A DNA stretch of 63,829 nucleotides, filler included, from Octopus bimaculoides (lineage: Eukaryota): assembly GCF_001194135.2 (NCBI RefSeq). It is 8 parts of 7 records of this genome, joined end to end, with 100 filler letters (N's around TTAATTAATTAA, not from the genome) between each part and the next. Parts side by side here need not be neighbours in the genome. Positions count along the whole stretch, not along the records: positions 1 to 13,022 come from NC_068998.1; positions 13,123 to 25,600 come from NC_068992.1; 6 more parts are not named here. One strand, 5' to 3'. How positions within the stretch are numbered: position 1 is the first letter of the stretch; every line of letters starts with the position of its first letter. The notes under the pieces are model-generated. The model saw only the letters and a list, made by a program, of their open reading frames with translations. It did not search any database and was not told where the DNA came from. This document shows, one piece after another, positions 1 to 13,619 of the stretch. The translations under genes and the position numbers were made by a program.

Positions 1-283
1 GGATTTGGTAGACGGAAACTAAAAGAAGCCTGTCGTATATATGTATATATATATATATATGTATGTGTGTATGTGTTTGTATGTCTGTGTTTGTACCGCG
101 AACATCGCTTGACAACCGATGCTGGTGTGTTTATGTCCTCCGTAACTTAGCGGTTCGGCAAAAGAGACCGATAGAATAAGTACTAGGCTTCCAAAGAATA
201 CGTCCTGGGGTCGATTTGCTCGACCAAAGGCGGTGCTCCAGCATGGTCACAGTCAAAAGACTGAAACAAGTAAAAGAGCAAAA
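1..283 (+). mobile_element. tRNA-derived SINE family A, 3' part (cut by window start)
   Basis: Shares GGATTTGGTAGACGGAAACT..., an internal microsatellite and ...GGTGCTCCAGCATGG...GACTGAAACAAGTAAAAGAG with more than 10 other copies in the window. Confidence 0.9.
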
Positions 284-398
284 GAGTATATATATATAGA
301 TATATTTACACACACATACGCACATAAATATATATATATATATATATATATATGCACTGCTTTTCAAAAGGTTCAAATAGAAAGTTGTGGTATATATT

Positions 399-3240
399 GC
401 AGCTGTCTACAGTTGTCTTCCGACTAGTGTATGAAGTTTGCCCTGTTTATATAGGGAGTTCATGGGTTAAATTACTATATGATTTGAATAGGATTTTATT
501 GGCAGAGGATAGTCATATGAGTGGTGGCAGACATTTTTGTAGTTTCCTCGCTACGTCTGTGTGTTAGTATCAAATGATAATACATGGCCTCGTAAGTTAA
601 GCCTAGGAGAGTTGACTGAACAAGTCCAAACAATCAATGCTCTGAATGTTTTCTGTCAACTGTTTGTAGAGAATAAACACATTATTAAGTTTATAACACT
701 GTGTACCTTTCCCGCAACGTCCGTGCGTTAGTATTATGTAATAGTACATTTTGCGCCTAAAAGAAGGCCGACAAGGTTGAGTGAACATGTTTGATTATAA
801 TGGAGGCTCTCTAAATTTAATATGTCTGGTAGGAGAGTGGATAGTATTCGTTTGTATGTAGTCCAATGGCTAAAATTTAGGTCGTTAGCTGTATAACTTT
901 CCGAAGATAAGAGGCAGAATGAATTTGGTTCGTGAATAATTTGAGTATGTATTCTGTTAAAGTTTGCTAAGTCTTGGTTTGTACTTTTGCAAGAAAGTAT
1001 TTTCTTTCTTTATCAGGCTTCATCTGTAACATACACTGAACATAGGTACAATGGGAATACCAGAAATTTTCGAGACTTAGTTCTTTACTTGTGTCAATGT
1101 GACCACTCAGTGGAATCTGTCAGTACTAGAGCCCTTCTTTGTTGTCAGTAAATGGTCAGTCTATTAGAGTAAGCTTTGTGTGAACTATGTAATCTTCATT
1201 ACAACCTTCACATTTGATAGCGTATATTAAATTCCTTGAAGAATATGTAAAGTGATTTTCTGCGGTAAAAGTTCGTCCTGATTTGAATTTGTCTATTGTG
1301 TCTTCAAAAAGGTTTATGCAGGTCCTGCACTTGGGGTGGCCGCATTCTTTGACTGATGGTGTTGGAATTATGGAAGGTCATTTAATTCCTGTGATTTAAT
1401 TGTATTTTACTTTTGATTACTTCGTGTATTTCGAATTCTTATTTAATTATTGCGTCTTGTTTTAATAGTGTGAAGTTCTGGTAGATAATATTGCAAACCT
1501 CTGTGTTTCTTGTGCTGCGTGTTGTAATAAACGGTAGATTATTGGATTTTGTGGAGCGTTTTTCGTTTCCCGTATTTCATCGATATATATTGCTTTGGCA
1601 CGTCTTATTCCGTTGTCTGTTAACATTAATGGATATTGTCTTTTAAGTAGTACTTGTTTTATATCCTGGAATCTTTAATTGCGAGTGAAGGGGTTTGAGA
1701 CAATTGCGCAGATACTGCTTGTTAGATTAAAGTGGATATTATTCTCCGTGTGTTTGGGATGATATGAGGAGTATAATAAGTATTGTTTAGAATATGTTCG
1801 TAGTGAATATATGTTTCAATGATTTTATCTCTTTTGATGATTAGTATATGCACATATAGTAGTTGAGTTTTACTGTATTGCATGGGAAACGTAAGATTAT
1901 TGCTTATGTTGTTGATTATATTTCTGACATTTATAAGTTGTTCAAATGTGTACGTCCATAGAATTAGGTAGCTATCTAAGTAGCGTTTCCAGTTTTCTAG
2001 TAGATATTTGTGGACGTTAAAGCCATATATTGATTTAGATTGTTCATACATCTGAACCTTCATGTATGCCATGATTAGATTGGCGTAAGTCGGAGCAACG
2101 TTTGTCCCTAGATATTTGTTTGTAAGTACTATCTTCGAAATAAAAAAAAGTTGTTTTTGACGATACATTTTAAGCCTTCAGTGATGAAACTCCTTTCTGT
2201 CTGGAATTTCATGAGGGACGTTTTTAAAGCCAGAAATGTATTGCCTCTATTCCGCATTGGTGTGTGATTGTGGTATATATGTTTCCCCATATCAAATGAT
2301 ACAGTACATGAAATCAGTGTTTATGTATTTGGGAGCTGTTTTGACAGGTTCTGCTGTCCCTCACAGGACTTGGTATGTATTTCAGAATAAGTCTCAGTAA
2401 TACATCTAAAAAGTTGCTCCGTCTGCGTATGTCACAGTTCACGCTTCCAACGATTGGTCTAAATTTAAGGGCGGTGAGGTATTAATTCGTCGTCTTCGCA
2501 TTTTACTTTCCAAAGTTTAATATTGTTTTCACGGCCTTCAGATGTTTTTGAAATTTGTGTTTGCATTTGTGCATCAGTCGTTTAAAATTTTCTACGTTGG
2601 AATTTGGTCTTAGCCATAGTTGCTGTGTTTCCATTCTGAATTTGTCAAGAACCATTTTCCCTAAAATTTTTGTTGATTTTCGGGTTCATTAGCGGTAGGT
2701 TTTATTTCTTGTTTCTTTAAGGCGATGATCGGTGCCGAATTGATCCATTTTTTCCTGTATTTGTGGGCTGTGAATTTTGGTTCCATCACTGCTTCTATTG
2801 TTTTGAATAATTGGTTAAGCGTTTGGATAACTGCTGTTTCTTCCGTTCTTCTTTCTTCTTCAAGCGTTTCCATGGTGTGGGTCTGCATCTCGTCGATTTT
2901 GTTGTATAAGACTGTGAGGTTGGAGGAGATCACTTTCAGTTCTTTTAGTATCTCTAGGTTGAACGTGTTTTGACTTTGATCGTATTTTCTTTCCTCGTGT
3001 GGTGAGTATATATAGAAAACAAATTTATTTTACTCCACACGGGGAGAAATATAGGAAAAATAGATGTTGAAAATGCACTGAGAATAAATAGCTAACATAT
3101 CTTTTATTAATATATATGAAGCTTTAACCGGTTTCACAGTTTACACTCATTTTCGAAATGTACAGATAGAAAGACGCGGCCTATGTCACAGCTGTCTTGC
3201 TTCTGACTAGTGTTTGAAGTTTGCCGGGACAAAATCCAAA
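399..3240 (-). mobile_element. Decayed Penelope-like element (RT region plus partial terminal repeats)
   Basis: ORF 1722-2168 has GTNVAPTYANLIM and WKRYLD motifs typical of PLE reverse transcriptase; many stops; ~45-bp direct repeat at 399-445 and 3189-3228. Confidence 0.8.
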
Positions 3241-5554
3241 AACTGAATCAGAAAACATCAACCTGCAACGAGAAACCTCTGCAATTGAAAACACTGTTAA
3301 ATATCTATGGAACCAAAACCTCGCAGTCTGTAAATTTCCCTATATCTGTAGAAATACCATTACATAAGTGGTTAAATATCACTGTTTACACAGTGGGACA
3401 CAGTTTTTTCTTGATTAAGACACATTCTACACCTTTTACGTCCACTGTTTCGCAATGGTTACAAAGAGTATCTCATGAATTTTTTGTTTCTTTATATAAT
3501 GCAAAGTTTTGCCCCCTTCAATTTTCAAGCAACTGGGCCAAATGTTTCCTCAATCCACATATTCCATTTAGTCAGGAATTAAGAGTAACAACAAATATTT
3601 GGCAACGGACAATTGTCATGCGAAATACGATATATTAACTAAGAAAATCAGATAGGAAAATATAATGGTATTCTCCAACATGTATTGAATATCTGTTCTG
3701 CTTTTCGTACAAATGCATATATAAGGATGTGCGCAGTTCAGTGGGGTTGATGTATGCTTGCATGCATATCAGTCTGTACCTGTTTCTGTGTCGTGATTAC
3801 ATTATGTCCAGCAACTGAGTAAATCAGTAAATACTGAACGGCGAAAAAACAAACTGATTATTTGTACTTCCCCGAATGACCGTAGTCTAATTTCTAAATT
3901 CATCAAAATTGTAAAGTTTCTTTTGATTAAAACTAAGTAATTACATTTATATTAGCGATTTGTAAAAACTTCAAATAGATTGTTGTAAATTGCTTGATGT
4001 CTATTATTCTCGTTGCTTCATTCGTACATAAATATTTCTTACATGTTCCCAATTTGTTGGCCTAGAGAGAATGAAATATAGACGTTTGATTAGATCAGCA
4101 TACTCTCGATAACATGTCTTTATAAATCGGCATGTAAGATATTTGCACGACCCTATCAATAATTTGGAAGTTTGAGTAATATATTTTTCACTTATCTATA
4201 TTTCTATCGATCTAATTATGTGCTTATTGAAAAATACGATTGCGAGAATACACATGATTATATAATATCGGATATATTTGGTATTACTTAATAATAAATG
4301 AAATTGAATGTTTCCATAAATGCTTATAAAGTTGTCTGAATATTTATTAATAGCAATTTCATTTCCACATACTAAATATAAGTGTGTTATGTCGCCGTGT
4401 GCAACCTCAGATTCGTAAACATATACAGACAGACTCACGTTTAATATCTAAAATTCTCTACTGTTCATTGAGATTATATTACTAATTTACTATGTTCAAT
4501 AAGCCAAAGACATAACATACCAAATATTAGGCTCCATTATAACGATTGAAATGCCGCATTGGCTACACATGTAAAAAAATCGGGTATGTGAAAAGACTTA
4601 ATACGATATAGCGCTAGATATGATGATGGTTTCTAAACTGATTCTATAATATATAAAAGTATATCGATTTATCCCTTTAAATTATTGGACTACATCTTTA
4701 AAGGGAACACACGTTTACGTTTTAGCCTGTAATATGAGGACCAGAAATACGGTGCGATATGGAGAAAGGTAAAGGTGTTACAGAATAAAGAAAAGCATGA
4801 CTGCAGATATATGAACACATACAATTATCAAAGTAGATATATATTGAAGCGCTTGCGCATGGTGTATCCGCGCGCGTACACACACACACACACATACACA
4901 TATATATTGGATGATGAAACGAATGCTTTACACCTGGTAGCCTACTGGTAAAGTACGGTCCATTTAAACAGTGGTCGTTTTGTATATAGCAAATGAATGA
5001 TGGAAGATGGAACGTATGATAATTTGTTAATCAGGAGATTGTTTTCAACGCATCTAGCACGGATCCCCCATGGGGGAGACACACAACAACTGTTTCAGGT
5101 GCATCTGGCGGTGCATATTCATCTCGTCGGGTGATAAATAGATACGAGTCGTTAAAATAACAGTTCCGCAATGTTTTGTAGAAAGAAAAACACTCACAGG
5201 AAATATCTTCATTTATATAGATCAAAAATAAAAATAAAAACAAACACATTGGAAAAAACAGAAACTAACATGCAATACAGGGAGAAAAGTCTTAAAAATA
5301 ACCGTTAACAAATAAGGATATATAAACGCCCTCGGGCAAGCTGCATGGCGTGAGTACACTCACACACACAAGCACCCGCGAAAATGTGAGAATATGCACA
5401 CGTGAGATCTAGTGCACTCATAATCAAAACGTGTGTCAACTATCTACTCGGTGTTTCTAATAATGGAGAGGTTAAAAGGTACCTTAAGTCATCCATAACT
5501 TAAGTAATTTAAATTACGTCAACGGTTACTCAGTATTCATTCTCACTGCATTGT

Positions 5555-6200
5555 GCGAAGGTACAATTATTTGCGAGTTGGCATCTTGAGTGTTTTTCAG
5601 AAATTCTATTAATGATCTTCTTGTTAGTCCTCAGAACAGAGAGGGATTACTCGGAGCACAGACGGCATTTCATGGAAATTATATTGTATGGTTTCGCGTG
5701 CTTAACTTTGGAGCAAGTTATGCTGTACTTCATTTTATCTTCTTTCAGTCGTAATACTGAATCAGCCAAAGATGTCGAATGTCTCTTAATGATTGTCTTA
5801 AAGCTGGTGACATGGTTACGATAACGGTTCTTAAATGAATCAGCCGTCTGCCCAAAGTAAACATACGACCCTCCCCTTGTGTGCACGGTAGATTTATGCA
5901 CCACATTTGTAACCATACTGACATTCATCAAAGGACAGTTTGAGTCTTCTCTGCATGAGCATTTCTCGTATTTATTTACATATAAGGCAGTTCCGACTCC
6001 ATTCACCGACGTTGTTGCTTTGTTGACTTTGTTATAAATATTTCTACTATTATAACGTGGTCCTAATTGTTGTTTGTCATTGCGGTTTACATCTTCTTGG
6101 TTAGTATTTAGATGAATATGTTCGCTAGATCCAATAGTTGTTTTTTTTTAAAACTTTTCCGCACTTTACTATTGTTTATGTGATGTAGAAGCTGCTCTGA
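5555..6200 (-). mobile_element. Penelope-like element 3' fragment (GIY-YIG endonuclease)
   Basis: ORF 5647-6006: YVYFGQTADSFKNRYRNH...KCRLCSE, followed after a frameshift by an INRISE..RC-like PLE C-terminus. Confidence 0.85.
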
Positions 6201-6602
6201 GTTAGCTAAGTTAATTTCAACCCATTAATACCTAGTTTAAAACTAAAATCTCGAAGTAAACAGAGTTGACGAATGTTAAAGATGAAATGTTATCATACAC
6301 GGTTATTCAGTTGAAAGTATAAGGCTCATAAAAAAACATGGATACTCTTTCCCTACATATCCATTTTTGACCCTCCAAGAGGAAAAAATCCAAGACGGAA
6401 CCTTTCCAAATTAAGTCTAGAGTAAAAAAAAAAAAATTAGAAGTGGCTCTCTTTCCTTAAGTGCAATAATTGTCTCCTCCTCTCTTTCTCAATTCAATGA
6501 TGGCAGCCTCCATCTCCATTCAGACAGAAATCACGTGTATACGCACGCACACATGCACACGCGCGCGCGCGCAAGCACCCCCCCCCCCCCCCCCCACACA
6601 CA

Positions 6603-7480
6603 TGTTCTTTCCTAAATGAACTCTGGTGATAGTGTAGAGAGTCTTCATGTCTTGTTTACCGACTGCTGTGCCTACCTATGCTGCTAAGTCCTGCCTGAAA
6701 TCTGTCTTTTCTCTCTGAGCATTCTTCCTCCCATTTACAGGTGTTAATCGATATTTAACTTGGACGCCATCTTTCGCTTGCTGGTCTTTACACTGCCAAT
6801 GAAGCCCTTAATTCCTACATCCTCTCTATCAGTTTCCAAGCACTCGGTGTAAACAACTCCTCTTGCTTCCTCTTCTACCAATTAACATGGCACACGATTC
6901 AATGTTCTTGAAAGTGTATCGGCATATTTTTCCTATAAGGCCAGATAAAGCAGTAAAATACTTCCTGACTCCGCACATAAACTCTTCAACCAGTCCCTCA
7001 GTGTTGAAATTGCGGGCGTCGAACAGCTGATACAACCTGTCGAAATAATCCTAACTGACCCTTAGAACCATTCTGAAGACAAGATGATGGTCGGATGCAG
7101 CATATCCTCCCTTTGTCATGCCATAAAGTGTAATCTATAGATTTTCCTCAATAGATGTCTGCCCGATATCCTCAATATCCGGTGGCTGGACAAAACTTCA
7201 AACAGAAGTCTGTGGGTTTGAGCGAATCAAACTCTCATCATTGAAGAAATTATGAAAAGAAATGTGGCTGAATGAAACTATTACACACTAAGTCGACCTC
7301 CAAATAGCATTGCAAGTATCCTAAAGGATGGACAAAGGTTAGCACACCTAAGAAGACCTGGAAAGAATGGGTGGAGGATGAAGTGAAACAATCGGTCTCC
7401 TTTGATCTGAAATAAAAGAGGTGGTCTAAGATGGCGTCCACTAGCATGAAATAATCGCAACCCTGTGTCCTTGAAGGGGT
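6603..7480. mobile_element. RTE-clade LINE fragment with inverted 5' segment
   Basis: Minus 6603-7120 encodes TKGGYAASDHHLV (APE end) through DMKTLYTITRV; plus 7122-7480 encodes IFLNRCLPDILNIRWLDKTSNRSLW...PKKTWKEW (RTE C-terminus). Confidence 0.8.
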
Positions 7481-7579
7481 CATATATATAATCCTAACTA
7501 TTGTAATTGTGCTAGGTTATATTTAAATTTTAATTTATCGATGATAGCACATGATGTCGGTGTCATTATTCATTACATC

Positions 7580-7800
7580 TAAGGCGGTGAGCTGACAGAA
7601 TCGTTAGCACACTGGAAGAAAAGCTTACAGGTACTTTGCTCGTCGCTACGTTCTGAGTTCAAATTCCGCCGAAATCGACTTTGCCCTTCATCCGGGGTCG
7701 ATGAAATAAATTACCAGTTCTGCACTGGTGTCGATGTAATCGTCTATACCCCTTACCTAAAATTCTTCAAGGTCTCGTTCCTGGCGTAGAAATAATTATT
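7580..7800 (+). mobile_element. tRNA-derived SINE family B
   Basis: AAGGCGGTGAGCTG head, GTTCTGAGTTCAAATTCCGCCG box B, TCGACTTTGCC..CATCC..GGGGTCGAT core shared with other copies. Confidence 0.85.
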
Positions 7801-8989
7801 CACTTGATCTTGAGGCTATATACATCAGCCGTAGGATTGTCGTATATTTCCTTAGTCCATATAACTTTTCTTATGTTGTGCCAATAATCCTGCACTAAAT
7901 TTCAGACACGATATTTATTGCTATATTGCTTTAGCTCCAATGCGTAACTGTAATCATGGATGTGCACACGCTTAATCATACATACATATACATATTTAAC
8001 ATTATAGTCACATTTTACCATTCTATCTTTGATTTTCTTAAGCAAAAATTAAACTTCTTAACTCCATCGACACAAAGTGTTCTACGATAACCTCCTCCAA
8101 CAAATTTTGTCTTCGTAAAATATCAATTAAGGTGGCCAGTTTAACTTACACTCGCTTTGATTGGACCAATTTTCATAGTCTAGAATATTTCTAATTATAA
8201 CAATTATGATTTTCTTGAGAAAATCAAAGAACATTATCATTTCACCATAAGATATTTCTTTCTGCTTTTAAGTTTGTTTTTCTATATATTCATTTGCTAC
8301 ATCTTTCATGAATTGAATTCATTATTAATTTATCTTCATATAAACGTTTAAATTTTGCTTCAGACACGTTTCAATTTTTTTCTTAACTTAGAATTGATTT
8401 TCGATATTAGCCAGATGTGATTATTTATTCCAATTGTTATCACCTAATATTTCGTCACCTTAAAAATTATGTACTTCTTAAGAGCAGTGAAGACAAACAT
8501 AATAGTTTGATGTGAATGTTTTGTTCAGTTTATATTTGCTTCCATCAAATAATTTTAATATACATTTACGTGTTTCTCTTGAATTTTCAATAAGGTGGAT
8601 GGACGAAATATATAAACTCACATATAGTACACATTTGCTAACATTGCCGACCACAAAATGTTATCTGCTATTCCATGTATATTGAACATGAAAGCCAAAT
8701 TTTAAGAATACGTATTGTTATGCCGGAAATCTATGTTACAAAGGTTGAATAATAATTACAGTTAAATATAAATTTACAATTAACCCCTGTAGTATTTCGA
8801 TCACAACAGAACATAATGAATTAAAGGATTTTAAAAAATATTACATCAAAAGAATTTGTAATTAAATATTACATTTTAGATAGAATAGCAAGCACATTAG
8901 CTATTACAAACATTACAAACAAAACCTAAGGAATCAAAGAACATTTTTTTTAGATATCGAACCAGAATAATTAACATTTAAATATTAAT

Positions 8990-10350
8990 TTGCAATGGAA
9001 TTTAATTTAATTCCATTTAATAACAATTCCGAACATTTCCAAGGCAGGAAAAGTTGCAGCAATTATACATAAAATGTTGTATATTAATTCCAAGTCATCA
9101 GGCTCAAAAGTCATTGGAGTAACTCGTTTCAAAATGCTCGTTCAATCATATGGCTTTTTTTCCATGTTCGAGCGCACATAAGATATGTCTGCACTATATA
9201 TTGAAGGTTCTGCTTTGTTAATCCGTTAATAAAAGTGCATTTCGTTCCTGTGTGAGTGCGTTTGTCTTTGCGTGCATGTTCATGTATAGATACGCTTGTC
9301 TCTATACAATCATTTAGTAAATGAGAAATTATCGGAGTATATAATACCTCCATAAGTTCGTCATTCCAACGGATGAGAATGTAATGACCAAACTGCCTAG
9401 CATATTGTGTCGTAAAACATTGGACATTTCTCATACAGCCGATAAAAAACTTAATCAATATATTAAAACTGATGAAATCAAATGAACTTCAGGGATCTTT
9501 CTGAATGTTTTTTCTTAGGATGATAGGACTAAGTGCGCTAGCAATGTTAAAGGCCTTCTGCTCGGCAAGGACAAATATTTCGATATAAATCCAAATGAGT
9601 GAGATACTCACGATATTAAGTGAAGTGTAGAATACCTTAAAGGTCAAATAAAAAGAAAGGTTTAAAGTGTTTATTACAGTTATTAGCATATAGAACGTGT
9701 GTATCAAATTTATATCATTAATGGCGATACGAATACAATCTTGGTCAATCATGGTTGTGAGATAAACTCCCGAAAGCAAATTGTATGAAGTTAAAATCCC
9801 TTCTAGGTTAAATGGAATTATTTCCCTTTGAGCCGTTCCAGTTATGTCTACATATGCTTATGTATGTTTATACTTATGTATGTTTATGCTTATGTAAGAC
9901 TTTCCATCACAGTTCAGTAAACGGGGATTTCCATGACTCCCGCATGAATTTCCTCTCATGTCGGCATGCACAGCTTAACCATAACGTTTAGAATATAACG
10001 AGCCCCTTGGGTCAAGCGATCTTTTTAGGATTCTTCCCCTCTCTGCCGAGTAACGTTTGCCTTGTAGTATGATGTAGACTCTTCTAGGAGCTTACTTTAA
10101 TCCTGTATTATGTACTCATTTATTTTAAATGCCATAAAGACGTAACTTTATGTCCTAAAGACGTAACTTTTATTCTCTGTGGTATCATCAATGAGTTCCA
10201 GTGGTTTTTCAGTCGCCTCGTGTATTCTAATATTTTAGAGCTGCATTACGATATCGTACTTCCTTCTTTATCTTATTGGATAACAGACGCACCAAAGCAT
10301 GAATATTGTAATGTGTTTTGACGTATATCAATATTTGCGTTTTGAAATAT
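8990..10350 (-). pseudogene. Decayed ankyrin-like plus myosin motor-like reading frame (MYO16-like architecture)
   Basis: ORFs 9489-9779 and 9129-9458 share one frame broken by one TGA. IRIAINDINLIHTFY, IFVLAEQKAFNI, RQFGHYILIRW...IISHLL and MTFEPDDLELIYNILCIIAA occur in myosin order and spacing; ankyrin-like NANIDIR..TLQYSC and GASVIQ*DKEGST lie upstream. Confidence 0.55.
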
Positions 10351-10637
10351 TGTTCTTGAAACGTTTTCAGGGCACTTTAGTTAGTGGCATGTCAAGAAAT
10401 GAAAGTATTTCGAAACATTTCATTTTCACATGGTTTCGCTATCATCGGTATAATGAATCTCGATAAATTAATATCTTCTGTTTATAAAATGAAGTTGGTG
10501 GATTGCTAGTTTCACTATTTATAGAACCATTTGTTGAAAAAAGAAATAAAAACGTTCTGGAATACTCAGTCACTTACCGTCGGACAACGGAAATCCACGA
10601 ACGAGCACTACCAAGCACAGACATACCAATTTCTTTC

Positions 10638-10688
<51 letters not shown>

Positions 10689-12982
10689 TACACACACACA
10701 CACACAAGCACACACACATATATATATATATATACATGCGTGCATATGCGTGTTGTCTTGTGTTGTATGCTTTCTACTATCATTATATCATATTTCCAAT
10801 GAAACAGTTTGATAGATAAATGTATGTGGTCAAAAGTGTTAACCTAAACCTAATATCACAGTAGCGGATTCAATCAGCTTAAAAATATATACAATAATAG
10901 ATTATAAATCATTAAATATTCATATTCGCAATCAAATTCTCTATGCCAGCCTGAAATATCGTTTTTGCCAATTATGAATTATTCATTTGCTTAATTACTT
11001 TGTCTGTTATGTTTATAAAATTCTATTGGAATATTTGTTGGCAAATTTTGTAATTGTTTTGATGAACAAAATTCATTTTAAATTTTAATTTGAAGGCTAA
11101 CTATATTTTGTACAATTATATTAACATATAAATTCACTTTATTTTCAACATAACATAATGATTGCCAATATTTTTGTCTTCTTTTCTTCTGTACACAATG
11201 GTTATTGAGATGGTTGAAGCATTATAAAATATTCTTCGAATGTAATATACAAATACGTATACATATATAACTAACTACTTTACACACATACACACATATA
11301 TGTATCTATATATATATGTATATATACATACAATATATCCATCTGTGCATATATAAGTATACCTCTATGCGTATACAAATATATCATGTGTGTGTGTGTA
11401 TTTGTGCGTGTATGTATATAGTTTTTTTAAATAACTCTATTGATAACTTAGACTACATTTGGGATGGAAATAAATTTATTACTCCTCGTTAATGTTTCTA
11501 ATTAGATTTTGTTCCAAAGTAAGATATATATTTACAATAAAAAAAGTAGCTGTCAGGAACACAGAATATTTGAATTAGCAGAAAATAGCTAGTATAGCTA
11601 TAAATATTTCGGTAATAAAACAGTGAAAAATCTAATAATGCATTCGAAAATAAATGAGTTTCGTACTGCTAAGGATGTACATGCACGACATTTCTTTAAA
11701 CTTGAAATATCTACCTACTTTGAAAAGATTTGTCAGTCATCGTGTTTCTGTGTATTTTAGCCTGAGGGAAAACAACAATTTCCTTTATCTGTAATGTAAT
11801 TAACAGTTATAATCAAGTGTCTATTTGAATCAGAGTGTTAATTTTATTCTATTATAAATTTCATGATTATTATATTTTTGACGAAATGCAGTAAATTGGA
11901 AAAACGTTCAATTTTAAAGCTTACTTTCATATCAGACTGTGTTCCCCTTCACCAATGTCAATTTTATATTCCTTATATCAGCGTTTAACGAAAGAATGTA
12001 AGTTTCACGCACTCGAGATGTGACATCCGCCTTTATATGTCCTTAAAAATGTTATACTTTCTCAATCAGTGTTTTCCTAATACATTTTGTCAGAATATAA
12101 AATAGATAACCTGGCAGTCCATTGGACTGTAGTGATGGTAGCACACCACTTCCAAGTGTTTAGTGGAACACATCGATGGCAGTATTTTTTAAGCCTGAAT
12201 CTTTTCTGTGTCCCCTTTCGTTGAACTACAAAATTAGGAGGATGTGAAACAAAACTAACAACGAGTGTGGAGAACAAAAGTGAAGCAAACTCACACAATC
12301 ATGTATGTATTCATGTATGTATACATATATTCATATATAGAATTAACCGGTGAAATCTAGAGATGCTCAACATAGAAAACAGGTAGCAGTGTGCAAACGA
12401 TTCGAACTTACACCCCAAAGTATTTATCGAGGAATATTCCGGGCGGTAACGAGTGGCAATAAGATGAATTTTGGTGAGCTGATATAGTGAAACAAATAAA
12501 CATGCCCAGGGCGGATATATAAGACATAGATACATACATGCATACATACATACATACATACATAGATGTTGCTCAACATGGTACATGGCGATTTAAAAGA
12601 GGTTTAGTGATGTGCAAGTATAGGAATGTTTAACTGTGTGTGCCTAAAAATAAAATTTCCGTGGTTGGGTCAAAACGACGCGGTGTTTTGAAAATCAAGG
12701 AGACACACTGTTTCCCATCACCCTTGGATATATGGGTATTCGCACGCATATATAAATGTGTGTGTGTGTGTGTACAATTCAATGTTGATGTAGTACCTGT
12801 TATATAAGTAACAATATTGTGAAGGAATAGTAAACGGATGGAATAAACATCTACTCCCTTAACTCACTTCTCTAATCTGTCCATCTGTGTTTCTCTCTAT
12901 ATATGTATACACACACATGTACACAAAAAGTACACATGCACATACACACACATATATATGCGTGTATGTTTATATATATATG

Positions 12983-13022
<40 letters not shown>

Positions 13023-13122
13023 NNNNNNNNNNNNNNNNNNNNNNNNNNNNNNNNNNNNNNNNNNNNTTAATTAATTAANNNNNNNNNNNNNNNNNNNNNN
13101 NNNNNNNNNNNNNNNNNNNNNN
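13023..13122. other. Artificial contig spacer (44N-TTAATTAATTAA-44N)
   Basis: Identical 100-bp linker with all-frame stop 12-mer. Confidence 0.97.
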
Positions 13123-13615
13123 GTTGGACGATTTGACTATGGACTGGTGAGACCAGATGGCTACACCAGGCTCCAATCTGATTTGGCAGAGTTTCTACAG
13201 CTGGATGCCCTTCCTAACGCCAACCACTCCAAGAGTGTAGTGGGTGCTTTTATGCGCCACCGGCACGAAGGCCAGTCAGGCGGTACTGGCAACGGCCATG
13301 CTCAAAATGGTGTATTTTATGTGCTACCCGCACAAGAGCCAGTCCAGGGGCACTGGCAACGATCTCGCTCGAAAGTCTTTACACATGCCGTGAGCACAAG
13401 TGCCATCACGATTTCGCTTTCACTTGCCCCAACAGGTCTTCGCAAGCTGAGTTTCGTGTCCAATGAAGGAGACGACGTTGGCATGGGTGCCAGTCATCGA
13501 ATTTAGTACGATTTCGATTTCACTTGCCTCAACAGGTCTTCGCAAACGGAGTTTAGTGTCTAATGAAGGGAAGGTACGCATAAGTGGGCTGGTTATACAC
13601 CACTGGCAGAGGCCT
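13123..13615 (-). mobile_element. SINE-like retroposon family E, long form with internal duplication
   Basis: GGATGCCCTTCCTAACGCCAACC motif; near-identical to 55520-55754; TTCACTTGCC.CAACAGGTCTTCGCAA duplicated at ~13420 and ~13520. Confidence 0.75.
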
Positions 13616-13619
13616 TAAG

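Noticed and set aside
12077-12298. 73-aa minus-strand ORF in unique sequence
   Set aside because: No recognisable motif, no convincing splice pair and no ATG context; cannot be supported
13147-13506. 119-aa ORF, nearly repeated at 55462-55740
   Set aside because: Antisense reading of SINE-like family E; similarity reflects repeat copies, not a gene family
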